Source of the DNA: a virus
IMG/VR virus record: IMGVR_UViG_3300047560_002412
Span: 64,728 to 128,727 of that record
Length of the DNA stretch: 64,000 bases
Direction: 5' to 3' (one strand)
Numbering within the stretch: position 1 is the first letter of the stretch; each line of letters starts with the position of its first letter. Both the position numbers and the translations under genes were made by a program. Shown one piece after another: positions 56,627-64,000 of the stretch. A model generated the notes under the pieces. It ran no database searches and was not told where the DNA came from. It worked only from the letters and a program-made list of their open reading frames with translations.

Positions 56627-57363
56627 GAGTCACCGTAAATCGATAATATCTCCTTTACTGCTTCGTGGCGTTCCACGTCTTGTATATCAAAGTGGACTAT
56701 GTCCACATACCTGTGATTTTTAAAGTCGTTATATAACTTTAAAAACTCTAATAAACCGTTGTTGCTAGGGCGGTCAGCTTGTTGGAGGTCCCCCGTTACC
56801 ACCATTTTGCTGCCTGATCCTAGGCGAGTTAATAACATTTTCATCTGTGACGGTGTGGCGTTTTGCATTTCATCTGCTATGATGACCGCATTTTTAAAAG
56901 TTCTGCCGCGCATATATGCTAGAGGACTGGTTTCAATCACCCCCTCTTTTACAAAATTTTCTACTTCTCTAGCATTAAAATTTTCAGCGAAAACATCGAA
57001 AATGGGCTTGGTCCAGGGTTCCATCTTTTGATTTAAATCCCCGGGCAAGAATCCGTGTTGCTCATCAACACTGACAGCAGGACGAGTAATAATAATCTTG
57101 TCTGCAGAACCATATTTTAATTGATCAATAGCCCACTGAACACCCAGCATGGTTTTACCCGTACCCGCAGGTCCGATGGCAAAAACTATCATTTTGTTGG
57201 GATCGTTTAGTTTTAGTAGATAAGTCTCTTGACTTAAATTCTTGGGATAGATTTGAACTCGCTTACGCTTTTCATTTAATCTATGGTCAATATTTATAAC
57301 GTTGCTTTGAAAACGTGGATCATATTGCTCTTTTTGCTGAACTTGCGCTCTTTTTCGCTTCAT
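56623..57363 (-). CDS. phoH: PhoH-family ATPase
   Basis: GPAGTGKT, ITRPAV, GFLPG, YMRGRT, DEMQN, TRLG, TGD..Q.D. Confidence 0.95.
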   Translation of the reverse strand: MKRKRAQVQQKEQYDPRFQSNVINIDHRLNEKRKRVQIYPKNLSQETYLLKLNDPNKMIVFAIGPAGTGKTMLGVQWAIDQLKYGSADKIIITRPAVSVDEQHGFLPGDLNQKMEPWTKPIFDVFAENFNAREVENFVKEGVIETSPLAYMRGRTFKNAVIIADEMQNATPSQMKMLLTRLGSGSKMVVTGDLQQADRPSNNGLLEFLKLYNDFKNHRYVDIVHFDIQDVERHEAVKEILSIYGDS

Positions 57364-57385
57364 ATAAGGTTAGCCCTCCTTTGTA

Positions 57386-57432
57386 AGTGCTAGGCACGGA
57401 CCCTAAAACCGTAGTGTCCGCGACCGAACACA
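57386..57432 (-). promoter_or_regulatory. Structured 5' leader hairpin of phoH
   Basis: On - strand GTGTT/AGCAC, GG/CC, CGCGGAC/GTCCGTG and CTA/TAG stack between TAAATA (57437-57442) and the AAGGAGG RBS. Confidence 0.5.
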
Positions 57433-57506
57433 AAAGTATTTAACATTTGCTTTAAAAAGATATATGTAATGATTAAATTTTCGCGATAAATACAAAGGGA
57501 GATATT

Positions 57507-58025
57507 ATGGTCGATTTAAAAGATATTATTAATAACATCGAAAATATTTACGGCAGTAATAACAGCTTAAAATTACTCAAAGATTTTGAGCGTGTTGTTG
57601 ACGAATTAGATATCTATGTTTTCGATAACTGGATTGACGGCGAATTAGTTTCTGGCCCTAACGAAAGTCGTTACTTTGTAGAGTGTACTTTTATGTGGCC
57701 TAAGAAAGAAATGCCGGAACCGAAGGGCGGCATGCGTTTAATTGAATACGGCTGCAAAGTTGAGTTTGGCGAAACAAGATTAGCTAAAGTAAGAAAAATT
57801 AAAACACCAGATGATATTCGCCCTGGTACTAAAAAAGGCAAAATTGACCACGAAGATGTATGGCTAGTTCGTATAACTATGCCTAAAAAATTAATGGCCG
57901 ATGTTGACAGAGGTCATAGAAATTTAGACAGCAACAAAATAGAAGATGTTGTTAATCAATACGGTGTAGCAACAGCAGCACCAGATGCCAGCGAAGAAGC
58001 TGTACAGGACATGACCAATGCATAA
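57507..58025 (+). CDS. Hypothetical phage protein
   Basis: TAAATA 57487-57492 and GGGAG RBS. Confidence 0.75.
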   Translation: MVDLKDIINNIENIYGSNNSLKLLKDFERVVDELDIYVFDNWIDGELVSGPNESRYFVECTFMWPKKEMPEPKGGMRLIEYGCKVEFGETRLAKVRKIKTPDDIRPGTKKGKIDHEDVWLVRITMPKKLMADVDRGHRNLDSNKIEDVVNQYGVATAAPDASEEAVQDMTNA

Positions 58026-58758
58026 ACAACTTGATGAGGGTTTAAGAACCAACGACCTTAAAGATTTAGTGTATTCTCTTTTTGAAGTTGACACATACAA
58101 ATCTAAGATGGGTGAGGATAAGGATGTTTGTGTCGTTAGCTTTCAAGTTAAAGATAGATCACCTGCTCGCGATTTAATGGAATTTATTGAAAAAGGTTAT
58201 CACTTTGTTTTAGATGCAGATGTTAGTTCAGGCGAAAACGAAAAAGGTGAATATTCTGTTTTTGTAGAATTAAATCGTAGTCCTAGGTTAGCAGAACAAA
58301 TTAAAGAATTATGTTATGGAGTTAAAAAACTAACCGGCAACGATGATTTTAAATTTAAATATCACAGAAGTTCCGACATTCACGAAGTTAGTGAAGAAAT
58401 TCTAAGAAAAATTATTCCAAGTGATTCACGTGCCTACGAAGAACACATGGGACAAGTAAAAACCGAAGATGTTAAAAAATTTTTTACAAAAACCTTAATG
58501 GACAATTTAACATTGAACAATAACATAATAACAATTCATAAACCATTTGATGTTAAAGTTCAATTAGAAATTATAAAAGACGATACACCCGAGTCTATTT
58601 TAGAAGCAACAGAAGGCGCTTATTCTGTAGACGAAAAAGCAACTAGCGAAATATTTTGGCTTACAAAAGTATTAGGCGATTACGGCATTAATAAGATTGG
58701 AGAAAATTTTGTTTTCAACAATGGTAATCGTTCTATGTTATTAAAAAGGATTGAATAA
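58018..58758 (+). CDS. Hypothetical phage protein
   Basis: Coupled ORF. Confidence 0.75.
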   Translation: MHKQLDEGLRTNDLKDLVYSLFEVDTYKSKMGEDKDVCVVSFQVKDRSPARDLMEFIEKGYHFVLDADVSSGENEKGEYSVFVELNRSPRLAEQIKELCYGVKKLTGNDDFKFKYHRSSDIHEVSEEILRKIIPSDSRAYEEHMGQVKTEDVKKFFTKTLMDNLTLNNNIITIHKPFDVKVQLEIIKDDTPESILEATEGAYSVDEKATSEIFWLTKVLGDYGINKIGENFVFNNGNRSMLLKRIE

Positions 58759-59393
58759 TGAGTTTTACATTTAATTTTACTAGAGATCAAGTAGGGGAAA
58801 TTATTAAAGGTAACCCATATATTGATCATTGGTATGAAGCGTTAAACGAAATTCTTCCAGACTACGAAATTAATACACCGCAGCGTGTGGCAGCTTTTAT
58901 GGCACAATGCGCTCACGAGTCCGGTGGGTTCCGTGTATTAAAAGAAAACTTAAACTACAAGGCACCTAGCCTACGTAAGATTTTCCCTAAGTATTTCCCA
59001 GACGATGCAACAGCTAATCACTATGCTAGTTTACCTAACAAGCAAGAAGCTATTGCTAATCGCATTTATGCTAATCGTATGGGCAACGGCGACGAAGCAT
59101 CCGGCGACGGTTTCCGTTACTGCGGTCGTGGACTTATTCAGTTAACTGGTAAAGAAAACTATACTTGGTTTGCAGCATCGTTGGACATTCCCGTTGAGGA
59201 AGCTAGTGAATACCTACAAACATTTGAAGGTGCTATTCAATCAGCTTGCTGGTTCTGGGAAAGCAACAATTTAAACCAATGGGCGGACAAGGGCGACATT
59301 CTTACCTTAACAAAACGCATCAACGGTGGTACAATTGGTTTAGAAGATCGCATCAAACATTACAACCACGCCCTACATGTTTTTGGAGCATAA
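58758..59393 (+). CDS. Endolysin, glycoside hydrolase family 19
   Basis: AAFMAQCAHESGGF...ENLNY, GDGFRYCGRGLIQLTGKENY, SACWFW, RINGG..GL.DR. Confidence 0.92.
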   Translation: MSFTFNFTRDQVGEIIKGNPYIDHWYEALNEILPDYEINTPQRVAAFMAQCAHESGGFRVLKENLNYKAPSLRKIFPKYFPDDATANHYASLPNKQEAIANRIYANRMGNGDEASGDGFRYCGRGLIQLTGKENYTWFAASLDIPVEEASEYLQTFEGAIQSACWFWESNNLNQWADKGDILTLTKRINGGTIGLEDRIKHYNHALHVFGA

Positions 59394-59396
59394 CAG

Positions 59397-59861
59397 ATGT
59401 GGATGCTAGCATGGGTACCTGACTCAGTATTAATGTATGCTATACATTTAATATTGCTTGCAGGAACCATAGGCGTTGTTTTAAGTTTCTTTTTACTTCA
59501 CAGGATAGTTCGTTGGTTTCCTGCTCTAGCTCCGTATCATTTGTTAATACAAATAGTTAGTGTAGCGTTATTAGTTAGTGGGGTATACTTTAAAGGCGGC
59601 TACGATACCGAAGCATCGTGGAGAGCAAAAGTTGAAGAAGCTGAAGATAAAGTTGCACAAGCAGAAATGGCCAGTTCTAATTTAAACAAGCAGCTACAAG
59701 AAGAAAAGAAAAAGAAACAAAAAGTCCGTGTTGAATATTACAACACGGTTAAAACAGAAATTAAAGAAGTTGAACGTCAGATTAACTCTGATTGCAAAAT
59801 AGATCCCAAAGTTAACGAGTTAATAAACAAGGCAGCAACAAATCCAGAGGTTAAGAAATGA
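59397..59861 (+). CDS. Putative inner-membrane spanin (Rz-like)
   Basis: N-terminal TM segments, periplasmic coiled coil, C-terminal Cys; follows endolysin. Confidence 0.65.
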   Translation: MWMLAWVPDSVLMYAIHLILLAGTIGVVLSFFLLHRIVRWFPALAPYHLLIQIVSVALLVSGVYFKGGYDTEASWRAKVEEAEDKVAQAEMASSNLNKQLQEEKKKKQKVRVEYYNTVKTEIKEVERQINSDCKIDPKVNELINKAATNPEVKK

Positions 59862-60127
59862 AAAAAATAGCATTCTTAATTCCTGCATTTTTACTTACAG
59901 GATGCCTAGCTACTGCTCCGGTGGTTCCAAAATGGCCGGAGGTTCCTAAAGAACTTTTAGAAGCGTGTCCGGACTTAAAGACCGTTGATTCTAAAAACGA
60001 TAAACTTAGCACAATTGTTGAAGTTGTAACAGACAATTATAAAGAATATTATGATTGCAGAGCTCAAGTTGATAATTGGATTTCTTGGTACAAAGGCCAA
60101 CAAAAAATTTGGGAAACACTTAAATAA
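59858..60127 (+). CDS. Putative outer-membrane spanin lipoprotein (Rz1-like)
   Basis: Lipobox LLTGC, Pro-rich PVVPKWPEVP..L...CP, later Cys. Confidence 0.7.
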   Translation: MKKIAFLIPAFLLTGCLATAPVVPKWPEVPKELLEACPDLKTVDSKNDKLSTIVEVVTDNYKEYYDCRAQVDNWISWYKGQQKIWETLK

Positions 60128-60153
60128 AGTTAGTATTTAAAGGAGCGATATAC

Positions 60154-60720
60154 ATGGCAGGATTAGTAGATTCAGTACTAAATTTAATCAACAAGCAACC
60201 TAAAGACCCAGATGCACCTAAGCCACCAGTGGGTTCACGCAGCGAAAGAGAAGCAAAATTAAAAGACAAAGCAGGTATGGTGATTTCTATATTTGCGTTG
60301 TTACTAGCGGTAAACGCATGGTATGGCGGTAAGTTAAGTAGCACGGTATTAAACAATACATTGGGTGCTAACAATACATGGGCACAATATCAGGCCAAGG
60401 CAGGCCGTGGCGTTAGTTACGAGATTGCCGCAAAAACAACTAACGATCCTAAACTACGTGCAGAATTTATGGCTGAGAAAGAACGCATGGATTCTGACAA
60501 GAAAGAAATTGCCGAAAAGGCTCGTGCTATGGAAGCGGCTCGTGAAGAGGCTAAAAAGTCTAGCCCGTGGATCGGCTATGCGTCAACGGCATACCAGTTA
60601 GCAATTGTTGTTCTATCAGCAAGTATTTTAGCAGTTAGCATGGCAATGTTCTGGGGGAGTTTTGCAGTAGCAGGAGTTGGAATACTATTAAGTCTAAATG
60701 GCTTATTTTTGTGGTTCTAA
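60154..60720 (+). CDS. Membrane protein (DUF4337-like)
   Basis: TM, then W..YQAK, coiled coil, Q.AIVVLSAS plus TM. Confidence 0.6.
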   Translation: MAGLVDSVLNLINKQPKDPDAPKPPVGSRSEREAKLKDKAGMVISIFALLLAVNAWYGGKLSSTVLNNTLGANNTWAQYQAKAGRGVSYEIAAKTTNDPKLRAEFMAEKERMDSDKKEIAEKARAMEAAREEAKKSSPWIGYASTAYQLAIVVLSASILAVSMAMFWGSFAVAGVGILLSLNGLFLWF

Positions 60721-60739
60721 CATAAATTAGGAGCGAGCA

Positions 60740-61264
60740 ATGAGCGAAGAAATTAAAAGCGAAAGCGAAAAGAAAAAAGAAGATTGGATGAATAGTAAAT
60801 GGCGTCCTATGATGGGCTGGATGTATATGCTGGTCTGTACAATGGATATGGTAATATTTCCTATTTTATGGAGTTTATTACAGACTATGCAACACCAACA
60901 AATAACACAATGGAATCCGTTGACTCTACAAGGTGCTGGTTTGTTTCACATAGCGATGGGTGCTGTTTTAGGTATTGCAGCATTTGGTAGAACTCAAGAA
61001 AAATTAGGAGGAGCTAATAATGGCGGTATTCAACCAGTGGCACCAAGCAGCCCAGCAACATTTGGCTCTGCGCCAGCAAGCGGTTTCGGTGCATCACCTG
61101 CGCCAAGTTTTGGAGCACCAAGCGCCCCAAGTGGCTTTGGCGGAAGCGGCTTTGGAAGCGCACCTAGTCCGACTCCAAGTTTTGGAGCGCCAGCAGTAGC
61201 AACACCTGCATTAAGCAGCAAAGGCAAACCAATGCCAATGCAACCAGATCAACCAGAAATTTAA
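60740..61264 (+). CDS. Putative holin (3TM/GTA-holin-like) with FG-repeat low-complexity tail
   Basis: KWRPMMGW..., GAVLGIAAFGRTQEK; lysis-cassette context. Confidence 0.6.
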   Translation: MSEEIKSESEKKKEDWMNSKWRPMMGWMYMLVCTMDMVIFPILWSLLQTMQHQQITQWNPLTLQGAGLFHIAMGAVLGIAAFGRTQEKLGGANNGGIQPVAPSSPATFGSAPASGFGASPAPSFGAPSAPSGFGGSGFGSAPSPTPSFGAPAVATPALSSKGKPMPMQPDQPEI

Positions 61265-61274
61265 GGAGAAAGAT

Positions 61275-61478
61275 ATGAAAAATCTTTTAGCACTAGTAAT
61301 AGCAACAACATTTTCAATTACAGCAATAGCAGCAGATGCTCCTGCAAAAGCAGAAAAGGTTTGTATCAAAACCAAAGATGCTAAAACAGGTAAAGAAGTT
61401 GAAAAATGTAAAACAATGAAAAAACACGAAAAGAAAGAAGGCACAAAGGTTGAAGGGACAAAACCGGATAAAAAATAA
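61275..61478 (+). CDS. Small exported basic protein with two Cys
   Basis: Sec signal (MKNLLALVIA...AIA|AD), AAGGAG RBS. Confidence 0.7.
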   Translation: MKNLLALVIATTFSITAIAADAPAKAEKVCIKTKDAKTGKEVEKCKTMKKHEKKEGTKVEGTKPDKK

Positions 61479-61505
61479 TTTGAGCTCAGTAAATCTTAAT
61501 TAAAT

Positions 61506-61535
61506 AAAAGGACTGCTTGACGTGGTCCTTTTTTT
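61506..61535 (+). terminator. Intrinsic terminator of the lysis operon (overlaps the dnaJ promoter)
   Basis: AAAAGGACTGC-TTGAC-GTGGTCCTTTTTTT: stem plus U-tract. Confidence 0.6.
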
Positions 61536-61545
61536 ATTGTATAAT
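61517..61545 (+). promoter_or_regulatory. Sigma70 promoter (leaderless dnaJ)
   Basis: TTGACG-17 bp-TATAAT; ATG follows after a 6-nt spacer. Confidence 0.75.
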
Positions 61546-61551
61546 AGTATT

Positions 61552-62397
61552 ATGGATTATTACTCAACATTAGGTTTACAAAGAGGTGCATCGGACGACG
61601 AGATTAAAAAGGCTTATCGCAAACTTGCGATGAAGCATCATCCCGATCGTGGTGGTGACCAAAATAAGTTTAAAGAAATATCTACCGCATATGAAGCATT
61701 AAGCGATCCTGAAAAGAAACGCATTATTGACATGGGCGGAGATCCAAATGCACAACCAGGAATGGGAGGCGGCTTCTATAATCAAGGGCCGTTTGAATTC
61801 CATTTCGGTGGCGGGATGCCTGGCATGGATGATATATTTTCTCAGTTTGGGTTTGGAAGAAGACCTATGAGAAGAAACAGATCTGTCAACATCAATGTTG
61901 AACTTTCATTAGAAGAAGTATTGAACGGTAAAGATCTAAATGCTGAGATTACCATTCCAGGAGGACAACGAAAATTAATTAATATTTCTATTCCTGCCGG
62001 TGTTGATCATGGTCAACAAATTAGATACGAAGGAATGGGGGATACAACATTACGAGATGTTCCTGCTGGAGATTTAATTGTTAATCTTTATATTAGAAAA
62101 CATCCAACATTTATTCGAGATGGCGATTCGTTAATCTTCGAACACAATATTTCCGTATGGGACGCTATCCTAGGAAGTACTATCGATGTCCCAACTATTT
62201 CAGGAAAGACTATTAATGTAAATGTTCCTGCAGGAACTCAATCAAATACAATATTAAGTTGCAGAGGAGAAGGTTTGCCAAATATGCGTTCAAAAATTCG
62301 TGGACCATTATTGATTAAAATTAATGTCAATATTCCACGTAACCTAACAGATAAACAAATACATAAAATACAACAATTAAGAGACGGAGTTGAATAA
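61552..62397 (+). CDS. dnaJ: DnaJ-family chaperone lacking the Zn-finger (class B/CbpA-like)
   Basis: DYYSTLG...KKAYRKLAMKHHPDRGG J-domain, G/F region, C-terminal substrate-binding domain. Confidence 0.92.
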   Translation: MDYYSTLGLQRGASDDEIKKAYRKLAMKHHPDRGGDQNKFKEISTAYEALSDPEKKRIIDMGGDPNAQPGMGGGFYNQGPFEFHFGGGMPGMDDIFSQFGFGRRPMRRNRSVNINVELSLEEVLNGKDLNAEITIPGGQRKLINISIPAGVDHGQQIRYEGMGDTTLRDVPAGDLIVNLYIRKHPTFIRDGDSLIFEHNISVWDAILGSTIDVPTISGKTINVNVPAGTQSNTILSCRGEGLPNMRSKIRGPLLIKINVNIPRNLTDKQIHKIQQLRDGVE

Positions 62398-64000
62398 TGA
62401 TTGAACCAAGCCAAAGCCTACAACAAATTTTTGAAAATTCTATGTCTATGGCAAAAAGCCTAGAACACGAATATATTACCATAGAACATTTGTTACTTGG
62501 TATTATGAACGATGCTGATTCATTTAAACTAATTGTTGAGTTTGGTGCAGATGCTAATTTTATTAAAACAAATTTAGATCACTACATTAAAAATAATCTC
62601 AATGATATTAAAAATACAGAATGTGAAAAGCCAAGAAAGACTCATGCTGTAGAACGTGTGCTTAATCGCTGTTTCACACAAGTATTGTTCAGTGGCCGTC
62701 AACGAATTGAAATTGCAGATGTTATTGTAAGCATCTTAAACGAAAAAAATAGTTTTGCATTTTATTTTTTAAATAAAGGCGGACTTACTAAAGAAAAATT
62801 TATTAATTATTTTCAAGAAATGGTTAATAACGATGAAGAAATTAGCCACGAAACCGCAGTTGCTAATCCAAACCAGATGGAGCGAATTATTAATACATTC
62901 TGTACTAACCTAAGTCTGCAGGCAAAGCAGCGCAAAATTGACCCTGTTATCGGTCGAGACGAGGAACTTGAAAAAGTTCAACTTGTTCTTGCTCGTCGAA
63001 ATAAATGTAATGTTCTATTAGTAGGCGAGCCAGGTGTTGGTAAAACTGCTATTGTAGAAGGACTTGCTCGTAAAATCTTTGAAAAGAAGGTTCCTAAATT
63101 TATCCAGGACCATCAAGTTTATAGTTTAGACATTAGTGCTTTACTTGCCGGTAGTAAGTATCGCGGTGATTTTGAAGAACGTGTTAAAGCCGTATTAAAT
63201 GCTCTAGAAAAGAAAGGAAAAGTTATTCTTTTCATTGACGAAGCACATATGATGCAGGGTGCAGGTGCTGCTAATCAATCAAGCAATGATATGAGTAACA
63301 TGCTCAAACCTATTCTTACCAAAGGTGTTATTAAACTTGTAGCATCTACTACTTGGGAAGACTATCGTAAACACTTTGAAAAGGATCGTGCATTAATGCG
63401 TCGATTCCAGCGTGTGACCGTAGACGAACCTACACCAGAACTTGCCGTTAAAATTATTAAAGGTATTAAGAAATATTATGAAAAACATCATAATGTTAAA
63501 ATTACTGACGGTGCTATTGACCAATCAGTCAAACTTTCAATGAAATATATGTCCGATAAAAAGTTACCGGACAAGGCTATTGATATCATCGATTGTGCCT
63601 GTGCTCGTTATAAGGTAAAAGACGAAGACGGTATGGAAGGTATTGAGCAACTTGTTGATATTGAACAAGTTACTTATGAACTTAGTAAAATGGTTAATAT
63701 GCCGTTGGAAATGGTGGCTCAGAAAGAAAGTAAAAATCTATCGGATTTAGAAGGTTCGATGAAAGCATCTGTTTACGGACAAGATACCGCTGTTGATAAT
63801 TTGCTTGATAAAATTTTTGTTTCTCAGGCTGGCATGAAAAATCCAAACAAACCAATTGGTAGTTTTTTATTCTTAGGACCAACAGGTACTGGTAAAACTG
63901 AAACTGCACGGGCATTGGCAGATAAAATGGGTATGCAATTAATTCGTTTTGATATGAGCGAATATCAAGAAAAGCACTCTGTGGCACGGTTAATTGGTGC
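62397..64000 (+). CDS. clpA: ClpA-like Hsp100 AAA+ ATPase (partial, runs off window)
   Basis: Not in ORF track. MIEPSQ...HEYITIEHLLL Clp N-domain, DPVIGR, GEPGVGKT, AGSKYRGDFEER, FIDEAH, LPDKAID, second Walker A GPTGTGKT; no long ClpB M-domain. Confidence 0.9.
   Translation, partial: MIEPSQSLQQIFENSMSMAKSLEHEYITIEHLLLGIMNDADSFKLIVEFGADANFIKTNLDHYIKNNLNDIKNTECEKPRKTHAVERVLNRCFTQVLFSGRQRIEIADVIVSILNEKNSFAFYFLNKGGLTKEKFINYFQEMVNNDEEISHETAVANPNQMERIINTFCTNLSLQAKQRKIDPVIGRDEELEKVQLVLARRNKCNVLLVGEPGVGKTAIVEGLARKIFEKKVPKFIQDHQVYSLDISALLAGSKYRGDFEERVKAVLNALEKKGKVILFIDEAHMMQGAGAANQSSNDMSNMLKPILTKGVIKLVASTTWEDYRKHFEKDRALMRRFQRVTVDEPTPELAVKIIKGIKKYYEKHHNVKITDGAIDQSVKLSMKYMSDKKLPDKAIDIIDCACARYKVKDEDGMEGIEQLVDIEQVTYELSKMVNMPLEMVAQKESKNLSDLEGSMKASVYGQDTAVDNLLDKIFVSQAGMKNPNKPIGSFLFLGPTGTGKTETARALADKMGMQLIRFDMSEYQEKHSVARLIG

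Noticed and set aside
63694-63987. 97-aa minus-strand ORF
   Set aside because: Antisense shadow of the clpA-like gene, which the ORF track omitted because it lacks a stop in the window
1-64000. Stop-codon reassignment (TAG/TGA recoding seen in some jumbo phages), prompted by the CUA in the tRNA-like loop
   Set aside because: Genes are full-length and densely packed in code 11; TAG (12041, 13725) and TGA end genes at sensible positions
1-64000. CRISPR array, integrase/transposase, reverse transcriptase or DGR
   Set aside because: No regularly spaced direct repeats or matching protein motifs were noticed by eye; short or degenerate repeats could have been missed

Overview
AT-rich fragment of a large (jumbo/T4-like-scale) tailed dsDNA phage read in standard code 11. 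The host is probably a diderm (Gram-negative) bacterium, judging from the spanin pair, GH19 endolysin and sigma70-type promoters. Layout: (1) 1-14.7 kb is a dense tailoring-enzyme island with 8 radical SAM proteins in 4 paralog subfamilies, Fe(II)/2OG-type oxygenases, a PLP enzyme, a QueC-like PP-loop ATPase, a methyltransferase, and degenerate kinase-like and SGNH-like proteins. (2) 14.77-14.88 kb is an atypical 114-nt tRNA-like RNA. (3) 14.9-28 kb holds mostly sigma70-driven genes: Hc1-like protein, thyX, acidic hypotheticals, queD behind a preQ1-I-like pseudoknot, glycosyltransferase-like genes and uvsE. (4) 28.5-31.1 kb is a TauD-like plus second B12-radical SAM pair. (5) 31.4-52 kb is the baseplate/tail-fibre locus, including a 2380-aa protein with phycobiliprotein-like CxRD repeats and an antisense QueC-like/methyltransferase insert. 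(6) 52-64 kb holds a stand-alone DnaE fragment, GroES, MazG-like protein, DD-peptidase, cytidylyltransferase, clamp loader, phoH, a lysis cassette, DnaJ and a truncated ClpA. Best candidates for new biology: the late-promoter-associated radical SAM modification island, the oversized tRNA-like RNA, the phage preQ1-like riboswitch and the bilin-site-like repeats in a virion protein. All family calls come from motif recognition by eye; no searches were run.
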